Shown in pieces: positions 1-11,047 of a stretch of DNA of 64,000 nucleotides; the first letter of the stretch is position 1; each line of letters starts with the position of its first letter. The stretch lies in assembly GCF_054482595.1 (NCBI RefSeq), contig NZ_CM137008.1; one strand, 5' to 3'. The notes below the pieces were generated by a model. That model did not search any database, was not told the DNA's origin, and saw only the letters and a list, made by a program, of their open reading frames with translations. The position numbers and the translations under genes are program-made.

Positions 1-1099
1 TGGTGGCACGAAATACACGGCGCGAATTGCTAAAGTTGGCTTCTTCGCCGGTATCCTGTTACCTGCATTTATTTTGATTGCATTAGCGGCTATTTATCTG
101 CACTCCGGTGCCCCCGTTGCTATCGAAATGGATTCGAAGACCTTCTTCCCTGACTTCTCTAAAGTGGGCACCCTGGTTGTATTTGTTGCCTTCATTTTGA
201 GTTATATGGGCGTAGAAGCTTCCGCAACCCACGTCAATGAAATGAGTAACCCAGGGCGCGACTATCCACTGGCTATGTTACTGCTGATGGTGGCGGCAAT
301 CTGCTTAAGCTCTGTTGGCGGTTTGTCTATTGCGATGGTCATTCCGGGTAATGAAATCAACCTCTCCGCAGGGGTAATGCAAACCTTTACCGTTCTGATG
401 TCCCATGTGGCACCGGAAATTGAGTGGACGGTTCGCGTGATCTCCGCACTGCTGTTGCTGGGTGTTCTGGCGGAAATCGCCTCCTGGATTGTTGGTCCTT
501 CTCGCGGGATGTATGTCACAGCGCAGAAAAACCTGCTGCCAGCGGCATTCGCTAAAATGAACAAAAATGGCGTACCGGTAACGCTGGTCATTTCACAGCT
601 GGTGATTACTTCTATCGCGTTGATCATCCTCACCAATACCGGTGGCGGTAACAACATGTCCTTCCTGATCGCACTGGCGCTGACGGTGGTGATTTATCTG
701 TGTGCTTATTTCATGCTGTTTATTGGCTACATTGTGTTGGTTCTTAAACATCCTGACTTAAAACGCACATTTAATATCCCTGGTGGTAAAGGTGTGAAAC
801 TGGTCGTGGCTATTGTCGGTCTGCTGACTTCAATTATGGCGTTTATTGTTTCCTTCCTGCCGCCGGATAATATCCAGGGTGACTCTACCGATATGTATGT
901 TGAATTACTGGTCGTTAGTTTCCTGGTGGTACTTGCCCTGCCCTTTATTCTCTATGCTGTTCATGATCGTAAAGGCAAAGCGAATACCGGCGTCACTCTG
1001 GAGCCAATCAACAGTCAGAACGCACCAAAAGGTCACTTCTTCCTGCACCCGCGTGCACGTTCACCACACTATATTGTGATGAATGACAAGAAACACTAA
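1..1099 (+). CDS. gadC: Glutamate/GABA antiporter GadC, C-terminal ~365 codons; gene starts upstream of the window
   Basis: Frame 2 is open from position 2 to the stop at 1097-1099; multi-TM amino-acid permease sequence; synteny with yddW/dosCP as in K-12. Confidence 0.85.
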   Translation, partial: GGTKYTARIAKVGFFAGILLPAFILIALAAIYLHSGAPVAIEMDSKTFFPDFSKVGTLVVFVAFILSYMGVEASATHVNEMSNPGRDYPLAMLLLMVAAICLSSVGGLSIAMVIPGNEINLSAGVMQTFTVLMSHVAPEIEWTVRVISALLLLGVLAEIASWIVGPSRGMYVTAQKNLLPAAFAKMNKNGVPVTLVISQLVITSIALIILTNTGGGNNMSFLIALALTVVIYLCAYFMLFIGYIVLVLKHPDLKRTFNIPGGKGVKLVVAIVGLLTSIMAFIVSFLPPDNIQGDSTDMYVELLVVSFLVVLALPFILYAVHDRKGKANTGVTLEPINSQNAPKGHFFLHPRARSPHYIVMNDKKH

Positions 1100-1123
1100 C
1101 CATGTCTGAATGGTTATAAGACA

Positions 1124-1153
1124 AGGGAGCGATAATTCATCGCTCCCTTTTTC
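1124..1153 (+). terminator. Rho-independent terminator after gadC
   Basis: Inverted repeat agggagcgat / atcgctccct with 5-nt loop followed by a T-run. Confidence 0.7.
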
Positions 1154-1229
1154 GTGCTTGCTGTCGTATTGACTTAACCGGGATAAGTACGAGAATGAGC
1201 GCACATCTGTTTACCGGAAACCAGCACAT

Positions 1230-2549
1230 ATGGATATCTGCTCCCGAAACAAGAAATTAACGATTAGAAGACCAGCGATACTGGTTGCACTGGCACTTTT
1301 ACTGTGTAGTTGTAAAAGCACGCCTCCAGAGTCCATGGTGACACCACCAGCGGGTTCAAAGCCACCAGCCACGACGCAACAATCGTCACAACCGATGCGT
1401 GGCATCTGGCTGGCCACGGTGTCTCGCCTCGACTGGCCACCGGTTTCCTCGGTTAACATTAGTAACCCCACCAGCCGGGCCCGTGTACAACAACAGGCGA
1501 TGATCGACAAATTGGATCATTTGCAACGTCTCGGTATAAACACGGTCTTTTTCCAGGTCAAGCCGGACGGTACCGCCCTGTGGCCTTCAAAAATTTTGCC
1601 ATGGTCCGATCTTATGACCGGTAAGATTGGTGAAAATCCGGGTTACGATCCGCTGCAATTTATGCTCGACGAAGCCCACAAGCGTGGGATGAAAGTACAC
1701 GCCTGGTTTAACCCCTATCGCGTATCGGTTAATACGAAGCCCGGTACTATCAGGGAACTGAATAGCACTCTGTCTCAACAACCGGCGAGCGTCTATGTGC
1801 AACACCGTGACTGGATCAGAACGTCTGGCGATCGCTTTGTCCTCGACCCGGGCATCCCTGAGGTTCAGGACTGGATCACATCAATAGTCGCAGAAGTGGT
1901 TTCCCGCTATCCGGTAGATGGCGTGCAGTTTGACGACTATTTCTATACTGAGTCACCGGGTTCACGGCTAAATGATAACGAAACGTACCGCAAATACGGA
2001 GGCGCATTTGCGTCAAAAGCAGACTGGCGGCGCAACAATACTCAGCAGTTAATTGCAAAAGTATCGCACACCATTAAAAGCATTAAGCCGGGAGTCGAAT
2101 TTGGTGTTAGCCCGGCAGGCGTGTGGCGTAACCGATCACACGATCCGCTCGGTTCCGATACCCGAGGCGCGGCAGCCTATGACGAATCCTACGCTGACAC
2201 CCGTCGATGGGTGGAACAAGGATTGCTGGATTACATTGCTCCCCAAATTTACTGGCCGTTCTCACGGAGTGCCGCGCGTTATGACGTGTTGGCAAAATGG
2301 TGGGCGGATGTCGTTAAACCGACCAGGACCCGCCTGTATATCGGTATCGCCTTCTATAAAGTGGGTGAACCTTCAAAGATAGAGCCAGACTGGATGATTA
2401 ACGGCGGCGTACCGGAACTGAAAAAGCAGCTCGATCTTAACGATGCGGTACCAGAAATTAGCGGCACCATCTTGTTCCGTGAGGACTATCTGAATAAACC
2501 GCAGACTCAACAAGCGGTCAGCTATCTGCAAAGTCGTTGGGGCAGTTAA
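1230..2549 (+). CDS. yddW: Lipoprotein YddW (glycosyl-hydrolase-like family)
   Basis: 439-aa ORF with signal peptide and lipobox-like LLCSC; position between gadC and dosC as in K-12. Confidence 0.8.
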   Translation: MDICSRNKKLTIRRPAILVALALLLCSCKSTPPESMVTPPAGSKPPATTQQSSQPMRGIWLATVSRLDWPPVSSVNISNPTSRARVQQQAMIDKLDHLQRLGINTVFFQVKPDGTALWPSKILPWSDLMTGKIGENPGYDPLQFMLDEAHKRGMKVHAWFNPYRVSVNTKPGTIRELNSTLSQQPASVYVQHRDWIRTSGDRFVLDPGIPEVQDWITSIVAEVVSRYPVDGVQFDDYFYTESPGSRLNDNETYRKYGGAFASKADWRRNNTQQLIAKVSHTIKSIKPGVEFGVSPAGVWRNRSHDPLGSDTRGAAAYDESYADTRRWVEQGLLDYIAPQIYWPFSRSAARYDVLAKWWADVVKPTRTRLYIGIAFYKVGEPSKIEPDWMINGGVPELKKQLDLNDAVPEISGTILFREDYLNKPQTQQAVSYLQSRWGS

Positions 2550-2920
2550 ACTCCCATTCTTACTTTGTAACAAGCCGGTACATTACCCACCGGCTTGTTA
2601 CCCTCTTGAACTATCCCACTACTAATCATGCTTACTAAAGTCAAATTAACCATGCAATTAACCACACTTAGTTAAACAGCCATAAATCCCCTAATACAAA
2701 TGTATGAATATGAAAAAACATACGATATTCGCTGTCACCGAAAAATAATTACGATGGGCTATACTCTTCTGAAGAACAGTAGCGTAGATTGAAACTGTCC
2801 TAAGTCGCTTATTTCTTTTCAGTATATCTTCATATTTCAGGAGAATATGGTGCAGTTAGTCGATCTCGCACGTTGCGTTTTGATTCCGTCTGATTTCCCA
2901 GCCTTATAAGGGTGTGAATT

Positions 2921-4303
2921 ATGGAGATGTATTTTAAAAGAATGAAAGATGAGTGGACCGGACTTGTCGAACAGGCAGATCCGCCCATTCGAGCTAAAGC
3001 CGCGGAAATTGCCGTTGCGCATGCTCATTATCTGAGTATTGAGTTTTATCGAATTGTCCGCATCGACCCGCATGCCGAAGAATTCTTGAGTAATGAACAA
3101 GTTGAGCGGCAGTTGAAAAGTGCGATGGAACGCTGGATTATTAACGTGCTTTCTGCCCAGGTTGACGATGTCGAAAGGCTAATACAAATCCAGCATACCG
3201 TCGCGGAAGTGCATGCCCGCATAGGAATTCCGGTAGAAATTGTCGAGATGGGGTTTCGGGTGCTGAAAAAGATCCTCTATCCGGTAATCTTCTCTTCGGA
3301 TTATTCTGCCGCAGAAAAACTTCAGGTCTACCATTTCTCGATTAACAGTATTGATATCGCTATGGAAGTGATGACCCGCGCGTTTACCTTTAGTGACAGT
3401 AGTGCCTCAAAAGAAGATGAAAACTATCGTATCTTCTCGTTACTGGAAAACGCCGAAGAAGAAAAAGAACGGCAAATAGCCTCAATACTTTCATGGGAAA
3501 TAGATATCATCTATAAAATCCTGCTGGATTCTGATTTAGGCAGTAGTTTGCCTTTAAGCCAGGCTGATTTTGGCCTGTGGTTTAACCATAAAGGTCGACA
3601 TTATTTCAGCGGCATTGCTGAAGTGGGCCATATCTCTCGTCTGATTCAGGATTTCGACGGTATTTTCAATCAAACCATGCGTAACACCAGGAATTTGAAT
3701 AACAGAAGTCTGCGGGTGAAATTTTTATTACAGATAAGAAATACCGTATCGCAAATTATTACCTTGCTGCGTGAATTGTTTGAAGAAGTATCGCGCCACG
3801 AAGTCGGTATGGATGTACTGACGAAATTACTTAACCGCCGTTTCCTGCCGACTATCTTCAAACGCGAAATTGCCCATGCCAACCGGACCGGTACACCGCT
3901 GTCAGTGCTGATTATTGACGTTGATAAATTCAAAGAGATCAACGATACGTGGGGCCATAACACTGGCGATGAAATTCTGCGTAAAGTCTCTCAGGCCTTT
4001 TATGACAACGTCCGCAGTAGTGATTATGTTTTCCGCTACGGGGGCGATGAATTTATCATTGTTTTGACTGAAGCTTCTGAAAACGAAACGTTACGTACCG
4101 CAGAACGTATTCGCAGTCGGGTGGAGAAAACCAAACTGAAAGCCGCAAACGGCGAAGATATTGCCCTCTCACTTTCCATCGGTGCCGCCATGTTTAATGG
4201 TCATCCTGACTATGAGCGCCTCATTCAAATAGCCGATGAAGCTCTGTATATCGCCAAAAGACGAGGTAGAAACCGTGTTGAACTCTGGAAAGCCAGTCTT
4301 TAG
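2921..4303 (+). CDS. dosC: Diguanylate cyclase DosC (globin-coupled sensor with GGDEF domain)
   Basis: 460-aa ORF; C-terminal GGDEF motif (RYGGDEF) seen in translation; immediately upstream of dosP. Confidence 0.9.
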   Translation: MEMYFKRMKDEWTGLVEQADPPIRAKAAEIAVAHAHYLSIEFYRIVRIDPHAEEFLSNEQVERQLKSAMERWIINVLSAQVDDVERLIQIQHTVAEVHARIGIPVEIVEMGFRVLKKILYPVIFSSDYSAAEKLQVYHFSINSIDIAMEVMTRAFTFSDSSASKEDENYRIFSLLENAEEEKERQIASILSWEIDIIYKILLDSDLGSSLPLSQADFGLWFNHKGRHYFSGIAEVGHISRLIQDFDGIFNQTMRNTRNLNNRSLRVKFLLQIRNTVSQIITLLRELFEEVSRHEVGMDVLTKLLNRRFLPTIFKREIAHANRTGTPLSVLIIDVDKFKEINDTWGHNTGDEILRKVSQAFYDNVRSSDYVFRYGGDEFIIVLTEASENETLRTAERIRSRVEKTKLKAANGEDIALSLSIGAAMFNGHPDYERLIQIADEALYIAKRRGRNRVELWKASL

Positions 4304-4327
4304 ATGCGCCAGGATGCAGAGGTAATC

Positions 4328-6727
4328 ATGAAGCTAACCGATGCGGATAATGCCGCCGATGGCATTTTTTTCCCCGCCCTTGAGCAAAATATGATGGGTG
4401 CGGTGTTAATTAACGAAAATGATGAAGTGATGTTTTTCAACCCCGCCGCAGAGAAGCTCTGGGGGTACAAACGTGAAGAAGTCATTGGCAATAACATTGA
4501 TATGCTGATTCCGCGGGATTTGCGTCCTGCGCATCCTGAATACATTCGTCATAACCGTGAAGGCGGTAAAGCGCGCGTCGAGGGGATGAGTCGGGAGCTG
4601 CAGCTGGAGAAAAAAGACGGCAGTAAAATCTGGACCCGTTTTGCGCTATCAAAAGTGAGCGCCGAGGGGAAAGTTTATTACCTGGCGCTGGTACGGGATG
4701 CCAGCGTAGAAATGGCGCAAAAAGAACAGACCAGGCAATTGATTATTGCCGTTGACCATCTCGACCGACCGGTGATTGTCCTCGATCCGGAACGCCATAT
4801 TGTGCAGTGCAATCGCGCATTTACCGAAATGTTTGGTTACTGCATTAGCGAAGCCAGCGGTATGCAGCCCGATACACTCCTGAACATTCCTGAATTCCCT
4901 GCCGATAACCGCATTCGTTTACAACAGTTGCTATGGAAAACCGCCCGCGATCAGGACGAATTTCTGCTGTTGACGCGCACCGGTGAAAAAATCTGGATTA
5001 AAGCTTCTATCAGCCCGGTTTATGACGTGCTCGCGCATCTGCAGAACCTGGTAATGACCTTCTCGGATATCACCGAAGAACGGCAAATCCGCCAGCTTGA
5101 AGGCAATATTCTCGCCGCCATGTGCAGCAGCCCGCCATTTCATGAAATGGGGGAAATCATTTGTCGTAATATCGAATCTGTTCTCAACGAATCGCATGTT
5201 TCGCTGTTCGCACTGCGCAACGGGATGCCGATACACTGGGCGTCATCTTCCCACGGTGCAGAAGTTCAAAATGCGCAAAGCTGGTCAGCGACCATTCGTC
5301 AGCGTGATGGCGCGCCTGCGGGGATCCTGCAAATTAAAACCTCGTCAGGAGCAGAAACCAGCGCCTTTATCGAACGCGTGGCAGATATCAGCCAGCATAT
5401 GGCCGCGCTGGCGCTGGAACAGGAAAAAAGCCGTCAGCATATTGAACAACTCATCCAATTTGATCCGATGACCGGTCTGCCAAATCGCAATAACCTGCAC
5501 AATTACCTCGATGACCTGGTCGACAAAGCCGTCTCTCCGGTGGTGTATCTCATCGGTGTTGACCATATTCAGGATGTGATTGATAGCCTTGGCTATGCGT
5601 GGGCCGATCAGGCATTGCTGGAAGTGGTCAATCGCTTTCGTGAAAAACTCAAACCGGATCAGTATCTCTGTCGTATCGAAGGTACGCAGTTTGTCCTCGT
5701 GAGCCTGGAAAACGACGTCAGTAACATTACCCAAATCGCCGATGAGCTACGGAATGTGGTCAGCAAGCCGATAATGATTGACGATAAACCCTTCCCGCTT
5801 ACCTTGAGTATTGGCATCAGCTACGACGTGGGTAAAAACCGCGATTACCTGCTCTCCACTGCTCACAATGCAATGGATTATATTCGCAAGAATGGCGGTA
5901 ACGGCTGGCAGTTCTTCAGCCCGGCGATGAACGAAATGGTAAAAGAGCGTTTGGTTTTAGGCGCAGCGCTGAAAGAGGCGATTAGCAATAACCAACTGAA
6001 ACTGGTTTACCAGCCGCAAATCTTCGCAGAAACGGGTGAACTGTACGGCATCGAAGCCCTTGCTCGCTGGCACGATCCCCAGCATGGTCATGTGCCCCCT
6101 TCACGGTTTATTCCTCTCGCAGAAGAGATTGGTGAAATCGAAAATATTGGGCGCTGGGTCATCGCGGAAGCTTGCCGTCAGTTAGCAGAATGGCGTAGCC
6201 AGAATATTCATATCCCGGCGTTATCCGTGAACTTGTCGGCGCTGCACTTTCGCAGTAATCAACTGCCTAATCAGGTGTCTGATGCAATGCAAGCCTGGGG
6301 TATTGACGGCCACCAGCTGACGGTGGAAATCACGGAAAGCATGATGATGGAACACGATACCGAAATCTTTAAGCGCATTCAGATCCTGCGTGATATGGGC
6401 GTGGGTTTATCGGTAGATGATTTTGGCACGGGCTTTTCCGGATTATCCCGCTTAGTCAGTCTTCCGGTAACGGAAATCAAAATTGACAAAAGTTTTGTCG
6501 ATCGTTGTCTGACGGAAAAACGCATCCTTGCCTTACTTGAAGCCATTACCAGCATTGGGCAAAGCCTCAATTTAACCGTCGTGGCGGAAGGCGTCGAAAC
6601 CAAAGAGCAATTTGAGATGCTACGTAAGATCCACTGTCGAGTTATTCAGGGATATTTCTTTTCCCGCCCCCTACCCGCCGAAGAAATTCCAGGCTGGATG
6701 AGCAGCGTGTTACCGCTGAAAATCTGA
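4328..6727 (+). CDS. dosP: c-di-GMP phosphodiesterase DosP (PAS heme sensor, GGDEF-like and EAL domains)
   Basis: ORF 4304-6727; start placed at MKLTDADN to give 799 aa; EAL-domain motifs in C-terminal half; an in-frame start at 4304 is also possible. Confidence 0.9.
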   Translation: MKLTDADNAADGIFFPALEQNMMGAVLINENDEVMFFNPAAEKLWGYKREEVIGNNIDMLIPRDLRPAHPEYIRHNREGGKARVEGMSRELQLEKKDGSKIWTRFALSKVSAEGKVYYLALVRDASVEMAQKEQTRQLIIAVDHLDRPVIVLDPERHIVQCNRAFTEMFGYCISEASGMQPDTLLNIPEFPADNRIRLQQLLWKTARDQDEFLLLTRTGEKIWIKASISPVYDVLAHLQNLVMTFSDITEERQIRQLEGNILAAMCSSPPFHEMGEIICRNIESVLNESHVSLFALRNGMPIHWASSSHGAEVQNAQSWSATIRQRDGAPAGILQIKTSSGAETSAFIERVADISQHMAALALEQEKSRQHIEQLIQFDPMTGLPNRNNLHNYLDDLVDKAVSPVVYLIGVDHIQDVIDSLGYAWADQALLEVVNRFREKLKPDQYLCRIEGTQFVLVSLENDVSNITQIADELRNVVSKPIMIDDKPFPLTLSIGISYDVGKNRDYLLSTAHNAMDYIRKNGGNGWQFFSPAMNEMVKERLVLGAALKEAISNNQLKLVYQPQIFAETGELYGIEALARWHDPQHGHVPPSRFIPLAEEIGEIENIGRWVIAEACRQLAEWRSQNIHIPALSVNLSALHFRSNQLPNQVSDAMQAWGIDGHQLTVEITESMMMEHDTEIFKRIQILRDMGVGLSVDDFGTGFSGLSRLVSLPVTEIKIDKSFVDRCLTEKRILALLEAITSIGQSLNLTVVAEGVETKEQFEMLRKIHCRVIQGYFFSRPLPAEEIPGWMSSVLPLKI

Positions 6728-6740
6728 CAAATTCCTCTCG

Positions 6741-6760
6741 CCCGCACTCGCGGGTTTTCA
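6741..6760 (+). terminator. Rho-independent terminator after dosP
   Basis: cccgcactcgcggg hairpin followed by ttttc. Confidence 0.65.
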
Positions 6761-6924
6761 TTTAACGTGACACTGTCACTTAAATACTGTGATTTCAGCT
6801 ACGATTCCGGGAGATTCCTTCCTTAACTTCCCCTCTTGCACCAAAACTGCACTACGCTGCACAAATGTTGATCAAAAGTTAAAAAATATAACTTTAAGCC
6901 AGCATTCTGGCGCTTATCCCGGCA

Positions 6925-6940
6925 TGGCATGAGATCTGCA
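6925..6940 (+). promoter_or_regulatory. Candidate sigma54 (-24/-12) promoter for the ddpX operon
   Basis: TGGCATG-N4-CTGCA matches the TGGCACG-N4-TTGCW consensus with GG/GC spacing of 12, about 45 bp upstream of the ddpX ATG; ddp is known to be nitrogen (NtrC) regulated. Confidence 0.55.
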
Positions 6941-6984
6941 TAAGCGGAAAGCGCAGCAATTTTTGTCTTATACAGGAACCGTTT

Positions 6985-7566
6985 ATGTCGGATACCACCG
7001 AACTGGTTGATTTAGCCGTGATCTTCCCTGATCTGGAGATCGAATTGAAATACGCCTGCGCTGATAACATCACAGGTAAAGCTATTTATCAGCAAGCGCG
7101 TTGTCTGTTACACAAGGATGCGATTACCGCGCTGGCGAAAAGTATCAGTATCGCCCAGCTCTCAGGCTTACAACTGGTGATTTACGATGCGTACCGCCCA
7201 CAACAAGCACAGGCGATGTTGTGGCAAGCCTGCCCAGACCCGCAATATGTTGTTGATGTGACGGTCGGTTCTAATCACAGCCGTGGCACGGCGATCGACC
7301 TGACGCTTCGTGATGAGCACGGGAACATCCTCGATATGGGCGCAGGGTTCGATGAAATGCACGAGCGCTCCCATGCCTATCACCCTTCCGTCCCGCCCGC
7401 CGCTCAGCGCAATCGCCTGTTGCTGAATGCGATAATGACTGGTGGCGGTTTTGTCGGTATCTCCAGCGAATGGTGGCACTTCGAATTACCCCAGGCAGCG
7501 AGTTACCCACTGCTCGCTGATCAATTCACCTGTTTTATATCCCCTGGCACACAGCACGTCAGTTAA
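6985..7566 (+). CDS. ddpX: D-Ala-D-Ala dipeptidase DdpX
   Basis: 193-aa ORF; first gene of the ddp cluster by synteny. Confidence 0.9.
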   Translation: MSDTTELVDLAVIFPDLEIELKYACADNITGKAIYQQARCLLHKDAITALAKSISIAQLSGLQLVIYDAYRPQQAQAMLWQACPDPQYVVDVTVGSNHSRGTAIDLTLRDEHGNILDMGAGFDEMHERSHAYHPSVPPAAQRNRLLLNAIMTGGGFVGISSEWWHFELPQAASYPLLADQFTCFISPGTQHVS

Positions 7567-7579
7567 TCAGGAAACTGTC

Positions 7580-9130
7580 ATGAAAAGATCGATATCGTTT
7601 CGTCCTACATTGCTCGCGCTCGTCCTTGCCACAACTTTCCCGGTTGCGCACGCCGCCGTACCGAAAGATATGCTGGTGATTGGTAAGGCCGCCGATCCAC
7701 AAACCCTCGACCCGGCGGTAACAATAGATAATAACGACTGGACGGTGACCTACCCGTCTTATCAGCGGCTGGTTCAGTACAAAACGGACGGTGATAAAGG
7801 CTCAACCGACGTTGAAGGCGATCTGGCGAGTGGCTGGAAAGCGTCTGACGATCAAAAAGAGTGGACGTTCACCCTGAAGGACAATGCTAAATTTGCCGAT
7901 GGCACACCCGTCACTGCCGAAGCAGTAAAACTCTCTTTTGAGCGGTTACTAAAAATCGGCCAGGGGCCAGCAGAAGCATTTCCCAAAGATTTAAAGATTG
8001 ATGCTCCCGACGAACATACGGTGAAGTTTACCCTTAGCCAGCCATTTGCACCGTTCCTCTACACGCTGGCGAATGACGGTGCATCCATTATCAATCCGGC
8101 GGTGTTAAAGGAACATGCGGCGGATGATGCCCGCGGCTTCCTCGCGCAAAATACCGCCGGTTCCGGACCATTTATGCTGAAAAGCTGGCAAAAAGGTCAG
8201 CAATTAGTTCTGGTGCCAAATCCGCATTACCCTGGCAATAAACCGAACTTTAAGCGAGTATCGGTAAAAATTATTGGTGAAAGTGCCTCCCGTCGCCTGC
8301 AGCTCTCCCGTGGCGACATTGACATTGCCGATGCGCTGCCGGTGGATCAACTCAACGCCCTGAAGCAGGAAAATAAAGTCAATGTGGCAGAGTATCCGTC
8401 ACTGCGCGTCACCTATCTGTATCTGAATAACAGCAAAGCGCCACTTAATCAGGCGGATCTGCGGCGGGCCATTTCCTGGTCTACCGATTATCAGGGCATG
8501 GTTAACGGCATTCTGAGTGGTAACGGAAAACAGATGCGCGGCCCGATTCCGGAAGGCATGTGGGGCTACGATGCGACGGCAATGCAATACAACCATGACG
8601 AAACGAAAGCCAAAGCTGAATGGGATAAAGTGACGAACAAACCCACCAGCCTGACGTTTCTCTATTCTGATAATGATCCGAACTGGGAGCCTATTGCTCT
8701 GGCGACACAATCCAGTCTCAACAAGCTGGGCATCAATGTGAAGCTGGAAAAGCTGGCGAACGCCACCATGCGCGACAGAGTGGGTAAAGGTGATTACGAC
8801 ATTGCGATTGGCAACTGGAGTCCGGATTTTGCCGACCCGTATATGTTTATGAATTACTGGTTTGAGTCAGACAAAAAAGGTCTGCCGGGTAACCGCTCGT
8901 TCTATGAAAACAGTGAGGTCGATAAGTTACTGCGCAATGCGCTCGCGACCACCGACCAGACGCAGCGTACCCGGAACTACCAGCAGGCACAGAAAATCGT
9001 CATTGATGACGCTGCTTATGTGTACCTGTTCCAGAAAAACTACCAACTGGCGATGAACAAAGAGGTGAAAGGCTTTGTGTTCAATCCCATGCTGGAACAG
9101 GTCTTCAATATCAATACCATGAGTAAATAA
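7580..9130 (+). CDS. ddpA: Periplasmic dipeptide-binding protein DdpA (ABC transporter)
   Basis: ORF 7442-9130; start placed at MKRSISF, which is followed by a signal peptide (…PVAHA); family 5 substrate-binding protein features. Confidence 0.85.
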   Translation: MKRSISFRPTLLALVLATTFPVAHAAVPKDMLVIGKAADPQTLDPAVTIDNNDWTVTYPSYQRLVQYKTDGDKGSTDVEGDLASGWKASDDQKEWTFTLKDNAKFADGTPVTAEAVKLSFERLLKIGQGPAEAFPKDLKIDAPDEHTVKFTLSQPFAPFLYTLANDGASIINPAVLKEHAADDARGFLAQNTAGSGPFMLKSWQKGQQLVLVPNPHYPGNKPNFKRVSVKIIGESASRRLQLSRGDIDIADALPVDQLNALKQENKVNVAEYPSLRVTYLYLNNSKAPLNQADLRRAISWSTDYQGMVNGILSGNGKQMRGPIPEGMWGYDATAMQYNHDETKAKAEWDKVTNKPTSLTFLYSDNDPNWEPIALATQSSLNKLGINVKLEKLANATMRDRVGKGDYDIAIGNWSPDFADPYMFMNYWFESDKKGLPGNRSFYENSEVDKLLRNALATTDQTQRTRNYQQAQKIVIDDAAYVYLFQKNYQLAMNKEVKGFVFNPMLEQVFNINTMSK

Positions 9131-9131
9131 C

Positions 9132-10154
9132 GTGACCTTCTGGAGTATTTTACGCCAACGCTGCTGGGGGCTGGTGCTCGTGGTGGCGGGCGTCTGCGTG
9201 ATTACGTTTATTATCTCGCATCTGATCCCCGGCGATCCGGCGCGGTTACTGGCGGGTGACCGCGCCAGCGATGCTATCGTGGAAAATATTCGCCAGCAAC
9301 TGGGACTGGACCAGCCACTGTATGTACAGTTTTACCGCTACGTCAGCGACCTGTTTCATGGTGACCTGGGAACATCCATTCGTACCGGGCGTCCGGTGCT
9401 GGAAGAGTTGCGTATATTTTTCCCGGCGACGCTGGAGCTGGCTTTTTGTGCCCTGCTGCTGGCACTCTTGATTGGCATCCCGCTGGGCATACTCTCTGCA
9501 GTCTGGCGAAATCGCTGGCTGGATCATCTGGTGCGAATAATGGCCATTACCGGAATCTCCACACCTGCGTTCTGGCTTGGACTGGGCGTCATTGTGCTGT
9601 TTTATGGTCATCTGCAAATTCTTCCCGGCGGCGGAAGGCTTGATGACTGGCTGGATCCACCAACGCACGTTACCGGCTTTTATCTGCTCGATGCGCTGCT
9701 TGAAGGCAACGGTGAAGTATTCTTCAATGCGTTGCAACATCTCATCTTACCGGCATTAACGCTGGCGTTCGTTCACCTGGGAATTGTCGCTCGCCAGATC
9801 CGCTCAGCGATGCTGGAACAATTGAGTGAAGACTACATTCGTACCGCCCGGGCCAGCGGCTTGCCCGGCTGGTATATCGTTTTATGTTATGCGCTACCCA
9901 ATGCGTTGATCCCATCGATTACCGTATTGGGTCTGGCGCTGGGCGATTTGTTGTATGGCGCAGTGCTCACCGAAACCGTTTTTGCCTGGCCCGGAATGGG
10001 GGCATGGGTAGTGACATCAATACAGGCGCTCGACTTCCCTGCGGTGATGGGATTTGCCGTCGTGGTTTCGTTTGCTTATGTGCTGGTCAACCTGGTAGTG
10101 GATTTGCTCTATTTGTGGATTGATCCGCGTATCGGACGTGGAGGTGATGAATGA
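9132..10154 (+). CDS. ddpB: ABC transporter permease DdpB
   Basis: 340-aa multi-TM ORF with GTG start; operon position. Confidence 0.85.
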   Translation: MTFWSILRQRCWGLVLVVAGVCVITFIISHLIPGDPARLLAGDRASDAIVENIRQQLGLDQPLYVQFYRYVSDLFHGDLGTSIRTGRPVLEELRIFFPATLELAFCALLLALLIGIPLGILSAVWRNRWLDHLVRIMAITGISTPAFWLGLGVIVLFYGHLQILPGGGRLDDWLDPPTHVTGFYLLDALLEGNGEVFFNALQHLILPALTLAFVHLGIVARQIRSAMLEQLSEDYIRTARASGLPGWYIVLCYALPNALIPSITVLGLALGDLLYGAVLTETVFAWPGMGAWVVTSIQALDFPAVMGFAVVVSFAYVLVNLVVDLLYLWIDPRIGRGGDE

Positions 10155-11047
10155 TGCTAAGCGAGGAAACGTCCGCCGTACGCCCAGCAAAACAAACGCG
10201 ATTTAACGGTGCAAAACTGGTATGGATGCTGAAAGGCAGTCCGCTCACCGTGACCGGCGCAGTCATCATTGTATTAATGCTATTGATGATGATTTTTTCA
10301 CCGTGGCTTGCGACGCATGATCCCAACGCCATTGATTTAACCGCCCGCCTTTTGCCGCCTTCTGCGGCGCACTGGTTTGGCACCGATGAAGTGGGACGCG
10401 ATCTGTTCAGCCGCGTACTGGTCGGCAGTCAGCAATCAATTCTCGCCGGATTAGTCGTGGTTGCCATTGCGGGTATGATTGGTTCGCTACTCGGATGTCT
10501 ATCCGGTGTGCTTGGCGGACGCGCAGACGCCATCATCATGCGCATCATGGACATTATGCTGTCGATTCCTTCGTTGGTACTGACAATGGCACTGGCTGCC
10601 GCTCTCGGGCCGAGTTTATTTAACGCCATGCTGGCGATTGCTATTGTGCGAATTCCCTTTTATGTGCGCCTGGCGCGGGGGCAAGCATTAGTTGTACGCC
10701 AGTATACCTATGTTCAGGCGGCGAAAACCTTTGGTGCGTCGCGTTGGCATCTGATCAGCTGGCATATTTTACGTAACTCCCTGCCGCCGCTGATCGTGCA
10801 GGCATCGCTGGATATCGGTAGCGCGATTTTAATGGCCGCCACGTTGGGATTTATTGGCCTGGGTGCTCAACAACCGAGTGCTGAATGGGGCGCGATGGTA
10901 GCAAATGGTCGCAACTATGTACTCGATCAGTGGTGGTATTGCGTATTTCCGGGGGCAGCGATTTTGCTTACCGCCGTCGGGTTTAATCTCTTTGGTGATG
11001 GTATTCGCGATCTGCTTGACCCGAAAGCAGGAGGAAAGCAGTCATGA
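10151..11047 (+). CDS. ddpC: ABC transporter permease DdpC
   Basis: 298-aa ORF; 4-nt overlap with ddpB; permease-type TM segments. Confidence 0.85.
   Translation: MMLSEETSAVRPAKQTRFNGAKLVWMLKGSPLTVTGAVIIVLMLLMMIFSPWLATHDPNAIDLTARLLPPSAAHWFGTDEVGRDLFSRVLVGSQQSILAGLVVVAIAGMIGSLLGCLSGVLGGRADAIIMRIMDIMLSIPSLVLTMALAAALGPSLFNAMLAIAIVRIPFYVRLARGQALVVRQYTYVQAAKTFGASRWHLISWHILRNSLPPLIVQASLDIGSAILMAATLGFIGLGAQQPSAEWGAMVANGRNYVLDQWWYCVFPGAAILLTAVGFNLFGDGIRDLLDPKAGGKQS

Noticed and set aside
4304-4327. Upstream in-frame extension of dosP (and similar N-terminal extensions in ddpA, maeA, adhP, narU, narZ, mcbR, curA, mnaT, hicB, fdnI, vgrG, yddH, ansP)
   Set aside because: The track reports the longest ORF. 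Starts were trimmed to the Met giving the recalled K-12 protein N-terminus and length; the longer forms lack better ribosome-binding sites as far as I can judge.
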